Assembly (NCBI GenBank): GCA_965222375.1 | Contig: CBDCTZ010000016.1 | Span: forward strand, 256,001-320,000 | Length of the DNA: 64,000 nt | From: Polyangiaceae bacterium | GTDB taxonomy: Bacteria; Myxococcota_A; Polyangia; Polyangiales; Polyangiaceae | Direction of reading: 5' to 3' | Shown: one piece after another, positions 28,093 through 37,419 of the stretch | Numbering within the stretch: position 1 is the stretch's first letter | How the letters are laid out: each line of letters opens with the position of its first letter | Position numbers and translations under genes: made by a program | The notes under the pieces: generated by a model | Told to the model about the DNA's origin: nothing | Database searches by the model: none | The model's input: only the letters and a program-made list of their open reading frames with translations

Positions 28093-28526
28093 TTCTTCAG
28101 CCCGCCCGAGCGCCATGAAAATCTGGCCAATGCGTGATCGCTGGCTTCGGACCGGGGCGGTCGCAGTGGGATCGCTCTTGTTCTGTGAAGATGCTCGAGC
28201 CCTCGAACCTGGGATCACGCGACCGCCCATGGAGGGCATCGCTTCGCCACCGACGGGGATCGCGCATGCCCGGAGGTGTGCAGCCGCGGACCAGGGTTCG
28301 ACGATTGCGACGGCAATTCCGATTCCGACTCCGACTTCCAAGGCGCCATGAGTGGTCGGGTCCCTTAGGACGTCGGAGTTCTGACCATCGGCGGCGAGAT
28401 GTTCACTTTTCCTCGCAGATTTCGACGGAATCTGGTTGGGCTTCAATATCGGCGCGGCGCTGTAGTTCCCGCTGAATCCCGGGCTATGCTCGGCTCGCGC
28501 GCTCGGGCTAACCTACGCGCGAAGTC

Positions 28527-29516
28527 ATGCCCCGAAGAGTTCTTGTCACCGGCGGCGCTGGATTTATCGGATCGAGCGTCGTGGACCAGTTGCTTGACGA
28601 AGGCGGCGCCGTCGCTGCCTTGGACAATTTCGATCCCTATTACGATGTCGCCCAAAAACGCCGAAACGTCGCCCGGGCGCTCACGCGGCCCGGCTATGAA
28701 TTGATTGAGGCCGACGTGCGACAGCGCGATGCTGTGTTTGACGCTGTGCGTCGCTTCAAACCCGAGCTGATCGTGCATCTGGCCGCCAAGGCGGGTGTGC
28801 GGGCGAGTGTCGAGCATCCCACCGAGTATTTGCAGGTCAACGAGCAAGGGGGTTTGAACATCCTGGACGTGGCGCGAGAGCACGGGAATGTGCCCGTCGT
28901 CTATTCGTCCACGTCCTCGGTTTACGGCGCCACGGATGTAGTGCCGTTCCGCGAGGATGATCCGGCCATGGGTCCCCTGTCTCCCTACGCGGCGACCAAG
29001 CGTGGTGCCGAGCTGATGGTGCACGCTCTGCACCACCTGCATGGCCAGCCGGTTTGCATTCTACGCTTCTTCACGGTGTACGGGCCCCGGGGGCGGCCGG
29101 ACATGGCGGTTCATACTTTCACGCGCAAGCTACTCGCCGGCGAGACCATTCGACTCCACGGTGAAGAGACCGCGCGGGACTTCACCTACGTGGACGACAT
29201 CGTCAAGGGCGTGCTCGGCGCATTGTCTTGGGTGGGCCAAGGCAGCCCCTGCGACACCTTCAATCTGGGTCGCAGCGAGCCCGTGCGCGTGCGCCGCCTC
29301 ATCGAGATCATGGCGGCAGCCCTGGGAGTGGAGGCCAAGGTCGAGCTCGGCGAGCTGGGTGCCAGCGAAAGCCCGGTCACCGCGGCGAATGCCGACAAAG
29401 CGCGAGCGGCATTTGGCTACGATCCGCAGGTTTCCCTCGCAGACGGCATCGCGCACTGGGTCGATTGGTGTCGCAATAGCGAAGAAGCGCCCCCGGAGAT
29501 CAAAGGCCGATTGTGA
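28527..29516 (+). CDS. NAD-dependent nucleotide-sugar epimerase (UDP-glucuronate 4-epimerase-like)
   Basis: TGGAGFIG, HLAAKAGVR, STSSVYG, YAATK, RFFTVYGPRGRPDMA, RDFTYVDD. Confidence 0.9.
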   Translation: MPRRVLVTGGAGFIGSSVVDQLLDEGGAVAALDNFDPYYDVAQKRRNVARALTRPGYELIEADVRQRDAVFDAVRRFKPELIVHLAAKAGVRASVEHPTEYLQVNEQGGLNILDVAREHGNVPVVYSSTSSVYGATDVVPFREDDPAMGPLSPYAATKRGAELMVHALHHLHGQPVCILRFFTVYGPRGRPDMAVHTFTRKLLAGETIRLHGEETARDFTYVDDIVKGVLGALSWVGQGSPCDTFNLGRSEPVRVRRLIEIMAAALGVEAKVELGELGASESPVTAANADKARAAFGYDPQVSLADGIAHWVDWCRNSEEAPPEIKGRL

Positions 29517-30511
29517 GCGAAAGGGCCAACACCGGCGACGCCGCGCCCAACGCAGCAGAAGAAACCAGGCCGTCGGCAGCAGGCATGCCCCTGTGGCGTC
29601 GCGCGCTGCCCTTCGTGATCGCCCTGGCCCTCCTGTTGTTCGTCGTCGCGCGCCTGGATTGGGCCACCTTTGGCCGTGCCCTCGCGTCCATCAACTATCC
29701 AGCTTTCATCGGTTTCACCCTCGCGTTCAGTGCTGCCCTGCTCACCGCCGACAGCTTTGCCACTGCGCACATCTACCGCACACGAATATGCCCGGTACGC
29801 TTCCGCGAGATCTTCCTGATCCGAGCCGCTAGCTACCTGCCGAGTTTGCTCAACCATCACGTGGGTCAAGGCTGGCTCACGTACTTCATGGCGAAGAACT
29901 ATAAGGCGCCGCTGTGGAGGGTCACCGGCGCCACGCTTCTGGTCTATGCTACGACATTTGCGTGCTTGTTTCTTCTCGGTGCCAGTGCGCTGCCCTTCAA
30001 CTATGAGCGCATCGGCTGGTTGCTGCCCACTTTGGGGGCCATTGGCGGCGCGGGTGTGCTGTACATGATCGTGGTGGCGCTACGGCCCAAAGTCTTGCTC
30101 GAGATGCAAGCGATTGCCCCGTTGATGGAGGCGGGGGTTGGCGGTCACCTGTTGGCTTTGGTTTACCGCCTGCCCCACGTCTGCGTGTTGTTCTGCGGCA
30201 CCTTGGCGCCGTTCTGGTTCTTCGGGATCGACGTTCCCGTGCAAGACGCCCTGGCCTTCATCCCGGTCCTGATGCTCGTGGCCGCACTACCCATTACACC
30301 CCAGGGCATCGGCACCCGCGACGTCGTTGCGCTGCAGCTGCTCGCTGGCTACGCGCCCGGCACCCCGGACGAGCGTGCGGCAACGCTTGCGGCGGCCACG
30401 TTGGCTTGGGCTGGCGCGTTGACCTTGGTGCAAGCCATCGCTTCACCCTGGTTCATGCGCCGCGCGCAACGCCTGTTGCGCGAAGGCGAAGGAGCGGTCT
30501 CCAGGGCTTGA
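29513..30511 (+). CDS. lysylphosphatidylglycerol-synthase TM (UPF0104/flippase-like) membrane protein
   Basis: About 8 TM helices; LPITPQGIGTRD motif; 4-nt overlap with epimerase. Confidence 0.7.
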   Translation: MSERANTGDAAPNAAEETRPSAAGMPLWRRALPFVIALALLLFVVARLDWATFGRALASINYPAFIGFTLAFSAALLTADSFATAHIYRTRICPVRFREIFLIRAASYLPSLLNHHVGQGWLTYFMAKNYKAPLWRVTGATLLVYATTFACLFLLGASALPFNYERIGWLLPTLGAIGGAGVLYMIVVALRPKVLLEMQAIAPLMEAGVGGHLLALVYRLPHVCVLFCGTLAPFWFFGIDVPVQDALAFIPVLMLVAALPITPQGIGTRDVVALQLLAGYAPGTPDERAATLAAATLAWAGALTLVQAIASPWFMRRAQRLLREGEGAVSRA

Positions 30512-30516
30512 CTCGT

Positions 30517-30565
30517 TTGGGTTTGGGGTCGTGTCGCTGGAGCATGCTGCTGCCCTAATCTCGCG
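30517..30565 (+). repeat. dispersed intergenic repeat, copy 5
   Basis: TTGGGTTTGGGGTCG-N24-TAATCTCGC. Confidence 0.65.
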
Positions 30566-30823
30566 TTTTTCCACAAGGCCGTTGGAAATTGACGCAACTG
30601 AGCCGCGCGGCAACCGACTGAAGCTCCACGCTCCCCCCCAAACTCGTGGGCGGGAGAGGTGCTGCGGGCGCTTCCTTCGCACCCACCAGCATCTAGCCTA
30701 ATCAGCCCGAAAAGATCCGGCTTGAGCGCTCCTTCAGCAGAATCTGAGCACTCGCGAGATCCGAGCCCGGAGTCGCGCCGCCGGCGGTCTGCGGCGCGAC
30801 AAACCGCGCCGTATGAGGTGTCG

Positions 30824-31387
30824 TTACTTCGGTGACCAGTGGGCTTCGTGGTCCAGTCCCAAGCCGTCTGCCAAGCGGTTGTAGTAGTTGAACAGCGCGG
30901 CAATCTGCGTGATGTCGTGGATGCCTTCGTCTGTGAAGTCGTGCTGCCTCAGGGTGGCGACGTCCTCGGCGGTCATTGCTGTGGGAGTGCGTGTGAGCTT
31001 GATGGCGAAGTCCAACGCCGCGCGCTCAGCGGCCGTCAGGTTTGCGCGGGTGTAGTCGGTCATGACCGCTTCCGCGATCTCGTCGCCGTCGCTTCTTTCT
31101 TGAACCTCAGCCCGGAGGTCCTCGCCATGGGCGCGGGTTCAATACGCGCAGCCGTTGACCTGCGAGACTGCCGTGGCGATCATTTCACGCTGTGCGCGGG
31201 AAAGCGGACTGCGAGCTGATTGCATCAGCTCGGTGTAGAGCCGGGTAGACGCCTGCAGCACATGTGGGCGCACGCTTTGGATCTGAATCACCTGGAAGAC
31301 GAGCCCGGCCCGCTCCCGCGCGGCGTCGTAGGCCTTCTTCAGAAGTCCTGTTGCCGCGTCAACGGGCACCGTACGAATGAACGCCAT
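30824..31387 (-). CDS. AhpD/CMD-like peroxidase-related selenoprotein (187 aa, in-frame TGA = Sec)
   Basis: Two ORFs in one frame joined by TGA at 31141-31139: REMIATAVSQVNGCAY-U-TRAH...FAIKLT..P...FNYYNRLADGLG. Confidence 0.85.
31102..31121 (-). promoter_or_regulatory. candidate bacterial SECIS hairpin
   Basis: GGACCUC-CGGGCU-GAGGUUC; 7-bp stem, loop begins 24 nt after the UGA, G at loop position 2. Confidence 0.65.
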
Positions 31388-31501
31388 GGGTGGAGCGTAC
31401 GGCCTGGTCGCCTCGCCGTGCAACGGGCGGGTTTCGCCTCACTAACCTGGCTGGGCGACACCCATTTGCAGGCAGCCGCGGATCGGCGTACGCGGGGGCC
31501 C

Positions 31502-33493
31502 ATGTCGAGCACGAACCTCGGAGCTCAGCGCGGTTCCTGGCCTCCCGGGTCCCCGGAATTGGGCCGTGTGGTGATCGAGCGGGTCGCGCCTGAGTTGGAT
31601 GGGGGCCGCTACGCGGTCAAGCGCGTTGTGGGCGATACGGTCGCAGTGTCCGCGGATATCCTGAAAGATGGCCATGACATCTTGGCGGCCTGCGTCCGGT
31701 ACCTGCCCCCGGGCACGACTCGGTGGCTCAGTGCGCCGCTGACGTTGAACTTCGATGAAGAACGCTGGCACGGCGAGTTCGACGTGGATCGCGCGGGGTA
31801 CTGGCGCTTCGCGGTCGAGGCGTGGCCAGACGTGTTTGCGACGTGGCGAGCGGATTTGCGCAAGCGATTGGACGCGGAGCAAGACGTTCGCAGCGAGCTG
31901 CTCGAAGGAGCCGCACTCGTGGCGGGGCGTGGCAGAGCCAGTGCCGGGGCGTTGCGCCAGCGTTTGGCCACTGCCCACGGGCTCCTGGTCGACGCAGCTC
32001 TGCCCGTGGAGCGTCGCCTGGAGGCCGCCTTTGACGAAACCCTGTCAGCGGACATGGGGGGCCCCCAAGATCCTGAAAGCGTGACCCGCCACCCAGAGCG
32101 GGAAATCAATGTGGACCGCCTGACGGCTTGCTTCGCCAACTGGTACGAGTTCTTTCCCCGTTCCGACAGCTCGGTGCACGGCCAACACGGTACGTTTCGA
32201 GACGCGACCAAACGCTTGCCACGTCTGCAAGAGCTTGGCTTCTCCGTCCTGTACCTGCCTCCGATCCATCCAATTGGCGTGACCAAGCGCAAGGGTCGCA
32301 ACAACAACTCCATGTGCGAGCCCGGGGATGTGGGAAGCCCCTGGGCCATCGGCGGCAAGGAGGGCGGCCACACCGCCGTCCACCCCGAGCTCGGCAGCAT
32401 GAAAGACTTCGAAGACTACGTGGCTGCAGCCAAGAGCCACGGACTTGAGATCGCCTTGGACTATGCGCTGCAGTGCTCACCGGACCATCCCTGGATCACC
32501 GAACACCCCGAGTGGTTCTTCGTGCGACCCGATGGCACGCTTCGCTACGCCGAGAACCCGCCCAAGAAGTACGAGGACATTTATCCCCTCAACTTCTGGT
32601 GTGACGACCGCGTGGGGCTATGGACGGCGTGTCGCGACGTGCTGCTGTTCTGGGTCGAGCGCGGCGTGAAGATCTTCCGCGTGGACAACCCCCACACCAA
32701 ACCCTCGGCATTCTGGCAATGGTGCCTGCGCGAGGTGCGCAGCAAGCACCCGGACGTGATCTTCCTGGCCGAAGCATTCACGCGCCCAAAGCGGATGCGC
32801 AGCTTGGCAAAGATCGGCTTTTCGCAGAGCTACACCTATTTCACCTGGAAGAACACTGCCGCTGAGTTGACAGAGTACGTTGGCGAACTCGCGCATTCGG
32901 AGATGGCCGAGTACTACCGCCCGAACTTCTTCGCGAACACGCCAGATATCTTGCACGAGTACTTGCAACATGGGGGTCGCGCGGCGTTCCGAATTCGACT
33001 GCTCTTGGCGGCCACGCTCTCGCCGACCTACGGCATCTACAGCGGCTACGAGCTATGTGAAAACGTGCCTCTGCGCCCCGGCAGCGAGGAGTACTTGAAT
33101 AGCGAGAAGTACGAGCTGCGATCCCGCGATTGGGACGCGCCCGGGAACCTCAACGACGAGATCCAGCTTATCAATCGGCTTCGCCGGGAGAACCCAGCGC
33201 TGCAGGAGCTGTCGAACATCCAGTTCTTGGCCAGCGATTCGGATCAGGTTCTTGCCTTTCTCAAACGTGCACTCCAAGGCGATCTGATCGTGGTGGCGAA
33301 CCTCGATCCCCACGCAACCCAGGAGACCATGATCGACGTACCCCTTGGCGCACTAGGCTTGGGCGACCAGCGGCCCTTTGCGGTTACCGATCTGTTGACG
33401 GGGGAGCGCTACGATTGGCAGGGCCCGCGAGCGTACATTCGCCTCGACCCGACCGAGAAGGTCGGTCACCTGCTACGCGTCGAGCGCGGTTGA
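31502..33493 (+). CDS. glgE: alpha-1,4-glucan:maltose-1-phosphate maltosyltransferase
   Basis: WYEFFPRS, YLPPIHPIG, RKGRNN, GSPWAIG, AENPPKKYEDIYP, FRVDNPHTKP, NTPDIL. Confidence 0.95.
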   Translation: MSSTNLGAQRGSWPPGSPELGRVVIERVAPELDGGRYAVKRVVGDTVAVSADILKDGHDILAACVRYLPPGTTRWLSAPLTLNFDEERWHGEFDVDRAGYWRFAVEAWPDVFATWRADLRKRLDAEQDVRSELLEGAALVAGRGRASAGALRQRLATAHGLLVDAALPVERRLEAAFDETLSADMGGPQDPESVTRHPEREINVDRLTACFANWYEFFPRSDSSVHGQHGTFRDATKRLPRLQELGFSVLYLPPIHPIGVTKRKGRNNNSMCEPGDVGSPWAIGGKEGGHTAVHPELGSMKDFEDYVAAAKSHGLEIALDYALQCSPDHPWITEHPEWFFVRPDGTLRYAENPPKKYEDIYPLNFWCDDRVGLWTACRDVLLFWVERGVKIFRVDNPHTKPSAFWQWCLREVRSKHPDVIFLAEAFTRPKRMRSLAKIGFSQSYTYFTWKNTAAELTEYVGELAHSEMAEYYRPNFFANTPDILHEYLQHGGRAAFRIRLLLAATLSPTYGIYSGYELCENVPLRPGSEEYLNSEKYELRSRDWDAPGNLNDEIQLINRLRRENPALQELSNIQFLASDSDQVLAFLKRALQGDLIVVANLDPHATQETMIDVPLGALGLGDQRPFAVTDLLTGERYDWQGPRAYIRLDPTEKVGHLLRVERG

Positions 33494-33521
33494 TCTCGTG
33501 GTGAATCCCCGGCTGCAGCAG

Positions 33522-34093
33522 CTAGGGGTAGCAATTCGGATCAACGCCGATTTCGCACTTCTGGCCGATGTTGTTGATGATGGTCTGAGAGGTTTGCGCT
33601 GCGCCGTCGGCGATTTGCCCTTTGATCTGGTTGTACAGATTGCAGCTGCCGGGATCGATCTCGCCGCTCTTGCACTTGTAGTAGATGATGATGTCGCCGC
33701 GCCCGAGTTCGGCGTTCTCGTTGACGTCGGCGCCCGGACCGTAGGTGGACTGGTGCCACTGCACGTAGTCTTGCCACTGCTGAGCGGCCTGCGCGCAGTT
33801 CGACGTGGTTTGGTCTGAGAAGTAGGACCAACCGATGTTCGGATCCACCTCACAGGCCTTGCGGAATACGGCGGGTTTGAACTCCTTGCCCACCAGGTCG
33901 AGCACGAAGTGCTCTTCTACCGTCAAGCTGTCTAGCCGTGCTTTGACATCTGCGCCGAAAGCGTCGGGTACTGCTCGGCCAGCTGTCGCAGGGCCCCCTG
34001 ACTCGTGCTGGGGCCGCCCCCTCCGCCCCCAGAAGAGCCGCAAGCGGTAGTCGCGAGAATCAACCCGAGAAGTGACGAGAAGTACTTTGGCAT
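33522..34093 (-). pseudogene. frameshifted hypothetical lipoprotein (or sequencing error)
   Basis: RBS GAAAGGAAG + MPKYFSSLLGLILATTA-C...AEQYP stops early; a second frame continues PDAFGADVKARL...; one C missing near 33966-33968 would join them. Confidence 0.6.
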
Positions 34094-34188
34094 CTAAGGG
34101 CTTCCTTTCAGATATCCCACCATTTTACCGCGAAATGAACGTGCTTGGCGAGTGTGCCCCGTGTCGGTGGTTGGGCCCGAGAACGAGA

Positions 34189-34216
34189 GACCCCGAGCGC
34201 GCTTGCGCCCGGGGTC
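34189..34216 (-). terminator. hairpin downstream of the 34276 gene
   Basis: GACCCCGAGCGC-GCTT-GCGCCCGGGGTC, 11/12 pairs. Confidence 0.4.
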
Positions 34217-34275
34217 CAGCTTGTTGCGTGACATCGCGGACGCAAGCCACGCCTGCGGTTTCCGCTAGATGGGCC

Positions 34276-34926
34276 TCAAGGGTTGCACTGCAACTTGCCG
34301 ACGAATCCTCCCGAGCCGCCCTGGACGCTGCACTTGCCAGACGCGATCAGCGGGCACTTGGGGCATATCAAGCTGCCCTTGCATCCCGCCGCCTTCCACT
34401 TACTTTCTGCTAGGACTCGCTCGGCTTCGGCAACCGTGTTGTCGAGGTTGATGTACGTGGTGCAGCCGCAGTTGAGCTTGTCTTTGACCTTGGTGACGCA
34501 CTTGTTGAGGCCCGTGAGCTTGCACGCCTTCGCGCTTTGCACCGCCGTTTGGTAGTCCTTGTCGAACTGGGCGCATTTGCTCAAGCCGCCGCCGGTACCG
34601 CCGCTCCCTGACGCGCCACCTGATCCCGCTGAGCCGGCCGAGCCGCCGCTGCCCGCCGAACCTGCGGACCCGGCTGAACCTGCGGACCCGGCTGAACCAG
34701 CCGAGCCCGCTGAGCCAGCGCTACCGGCTGAGCCTGCTGCGCCACCCGTTGCTCCCGCGGTGCCACCCGTGTTGGTGCCACCCGTGTTGGCGCCACCGGT
34801 GCTAGAGCCAGCGCTGCCACCGCTGGAAGTGCCTCCGGTCCCGCTGCTTGAGTCATCATCACTGCCGCAGGCGGCTGCCAACAGGGCAATCGCGAAGAAG
34901 GGCAGAAAAGGTGCAAGGTTTTTCAT
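34276..34926 (-). CDS. lipoprotein with (Ala-Gly-Ser)n linker and Cys-rich C-terminal domain
   Basis: GGAGA RBS, AAA-C lipobox, AGS repeats, C..AKAC...C...CGC...W...C...CP.C domain. Confidence 0.8.
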   Translation of the reverse strand: MKNLAPFLPFFAIALLAAACGSDDDSSSGTGGTSSGGSAGSSTGGANTGGTNTGGTAGATGGAAGSAGSAGSAGSAGSAGSAGSAGSAGSAGSGGSAGSAGSGGASGSGGTGGGLSKCAQFDKDYQTAVQSAKACKLTGLNKCVTKVKDKLNCGCTTYINLDNTVAEAERVLAESKWKAAGCKGSLICPKCPLIASGKCSVQGGSGGFVGKLQCNP

Positions 34927-35402
34927 GGTTTTCCTCCAAGTTGTGGGGCGCTCTCGGCGCAACCCGGCGCAGTTCATAGCCTATCTCCGCCCTGAGGCAA
35001 CTGCTTGAGCGCTCTCTGAATCCCGTCTGAGCATTGTCGAACCGAAGGCTCACGTGCCGTAGCGTGAACGACTAAGATCCCGGCCCCAAGCGCTCGCGTT
35101 TGGCACGGCGATTCAAGGCGTTTTGAACCCTCTGGCCACACGGAGCGAGCGAGGTCGGGCCCCCACGTTCCGAAATGCGTTCAGTCCCGGATTGCGCAAG
35201 GGGCGTCGGGCAAGCCATCGTCCTCGACGCCTGGTTTCGAGCGGCTGGGGCGGCCCTTTGGTGCTCTGACCCGGGACCTTCCTCTTGTCTCCGCGACTCA
35301 GGTGAGTGGGTCGCGACACATGATGATGCTGGGACCGCCACTAGTGCCCGCGGAGCACTTGCCTGATACTGGGCTTGGGCTCGCGCCACTCGAATCGTCG
35401 CT

Positions 35403-35939
35403 TCAAACCCAGCCGCGCCGTGCTGCCAAGAGGATTGCCCCCACGTGGATTCCATGCACCACCTCGCCTTGGTCAACCCAACGCAGGAGCTCTTCGGCAT
35501 CGGCGAGCCGCACCACGATGTTCTCGTCCTCCATTGGCGTGGGGTCCTGGGTGCGCACGGCTCCAGCCGCGAAAAAGAAGTGTGCGGTGTTGGTGTGGCG
35601 AACCGGTTCGGTGCGCACGACGGAAAGCACGCGCCAATCCTCCGAAGCGTAGCCGGTCTCTTCCAGCAGCTCCCGCTTGGCTGCTTGGAGAGGCGTTTCG
35701 CCGGGATCGATGACCCCCGCGGGCAACTCTCGACTGATGCCCGCCAATGCATGACGGTACTGCTCGACGACAACGACCTGCCGCTGCTCAGTCAGCGCCA
35801 ACACGCTGGTCCAATCTGGCGAGCCAACCAGGTGAAACTCCAGCTCCACGTCTCGCGGCAGTGCCACGCGCTGCTCGGTGATGGTCAGCCACTTGCGCTC
35901 GAGCACTATCCGTTCACTCAGTACCTTCCAGTTCGTCAC
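35403..35939 (-). CDS. NUDIX hydrolase (ADP-ribose pyrophosphatase-like)
   Basis: EQYRH, ELPAG.ID.GETPLQAAKRELLEETG Nudix box; GTG start chosen from CATGAT-6nt. Confidence 0.9.
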   Translation of the reverse strand: MTNWKVLSERIVLERKWLTITEQRVALPRDVELEFHLVGSPDWTSVLALTEQRQVVVVEQYRHALAGISRELPAGVIDPGETPLQAAKRELLEETGYASEDWRVLSVVRTEPVRHTNTAHFFFAAGAVRTQDPTPMEDENIVVRLADAEELLRWVDQGEVVHGIHVGAILLAARRGWV

Positions 35940-36091
35940 GGACACATCATGCCAAAGCGCAGACTTCTGGGTAAGGCGCTCAAAGCCCTGGATTTGCATG
36001 ATCAACCGCCACGCGGAGGGCCCCGAGCTCGGATTCAGGTATTGTAGCGGTACGTACTTGCGGCAGAGCACTGCGGTGAAGGAGTCGAGTC

Positions 36092-37216
36092 ATGAAGCGC
36101 GCATCCATCATTGTTTCACTGTTGAGTCTTGCTGCATGTGGTTCGGACGATTCGTCCGGTTCACCTTCGAGTGGCGGCGCGAGCAGTGGCGGTTCCAGTA
36201 GTGGAGGAAGCAGCAGTGGCGGCTCGGCCGGCACAAGCACCGGCGGGGCGGCTGGTACAGGCAGCGGCGGGACAAGCAGCGGCGGTAGTGCCAGCGGCGG
36301 TGCGCCGCCTGGTGGACTTTCGGCGAAGTACCCGGGGGATGTGGGGATCGACAAAGATCCGGACGTCGTTTGGTACGAAGGGTTTGAGCAGGCAGATGTC
36401 GATGCCGTTCTGGCTCGCTACGACGACGGAAAGAAGACCGGGCTCGCTCTGGATTCAGACGTGCCCCCGAAGAGTAGCGGTAAACAGAGCATGAAGATGA
36501 CCGCTAGCGGCGCTGGGCCGAACGCGGCGGATTTTTTCAAGAAGCTGGAGCCTGGGTATGACGAACTCTTCGTCCGCTACTACGCAAAGTACGAAAGTGG
36601 GGTGCAGTGGCACCACACCGGAGTGTGGATTGGTGGGTACAACCCCGCCAGCAATTGGCCCAACCCTCAGGCGGGCTTGAAGCCCAGCGGCGATGATCGC
36701 TTCAACGTGTCAATCGAACCCGTGGGTGGTGGGGCAAACCCCAGGCTGGACTACTACAACTACTGGATGAAGATGCATTCGTGGATGGACAGTCCATCAG
36801 GCTCCACGGCATACTGGGGAAATACCCTCATTCACGATGCTGGTTTCAAGGTCGATGACGACCAGTGGATGTGCATTGAAGTCCACATCAAGCTGAACCC
36901 GGACCCATCCTCCAGCAAAGGTGCTGAGCTCGGAGTCTGGAAGAACGGCCAGAGCGTGATCCAATACAACGACGCCACGCCCTTGGGCTACTGGTTGAAG
37001 GACAAGTTCTGTCCCGATGGCGCCACAGCCAAGTCTTGCACCGACTACCCACCGTCATCTGGAACTCAGAAAGTCCCGTTGGATCTTCAGTATCGCTCCA
37101 CCGCCGCCCTGAAAATCAACGCGTTCTGGCCTCAGAATTACATTACCAAAGGCGGTGCCGGCAGCGTTTACTATGACCACATGGTGCTTGCGAAAAGCCG
37201 CATCGGCTGTATGTAA
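36092..37216 (+). CDS. lipoprotein with Gly/Ser linker and probable jelly-roll (polysaccharide-lyase-like) domain
   Basis: LAA-C lipobox; WYEGFE, LFVRYY.KY, WMCIEVHIKLN, VYYDHMVLA pattern. Confidence 0.65.
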   Translation: MKRASIIVSLLSLAACGSDDSSGSPSSGGASSGGSSSGGSSSGGSAGTSTGGAAGTGSGGTSSGGSASGGAPPGGLSAKYPGDVGIDKDPDVVWYEGFEQADVDAVLARYDDGKKTGLALDSDVPPKSSGKQSMKMTASGAGPNAADFFKKLEPGYDELFVRYYAKYESGVQWHHTGVWIGGYNPASNWPNPQAGLKPSGDDRFNVSIEPVGGGANPRLDYYNYWMKMHSWMDSPSGSTAYWGNTLIHDAGFKVDDDQWMCIEVHIKLNPDPSSSKGAELGVWKNGQSVIQYNDATPLGYWLKDKFCPDGATAKSCTDYPPSSGTQKVPLDLQYRSTAALKINAFWPQNYITKGGAGSVYYDHMVLAKSRIGCM

Positions 37217-37419
37217 AGCGCGCCTCAATGCCCGCGCAGAGCTGCGCTGCGGCTGCTCGGCTGGAGACCGTTGCTCAGGGATCTTGTTTTTCTTAGCAAC
37301 AGAGCTGAGCTGCTGCCGATTGGTTCCTGCGGCGTGCCGCTCGCCTGCGGCCCCCGCTTTTCGTCATGCACCCATTTAGTGAAAGTCTACGGCGCGTACG
37401 CCCGAGGGGCGCGGGTCAC

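Noticed and set aside
28115..28351. 78-aa ORF with signal-peptide-like start, or structured ncRNA (GGGCGGTCGC/GCGACCGCCC pairing)
   Set aside because: No recognisable domain or RNA family motif; evidence too weak to call.
35101..35116. sigma-54 promoter TGGCACGGCGATTCA
   Set aside because: -12 GC missing and no downstream + strand gene nearby.
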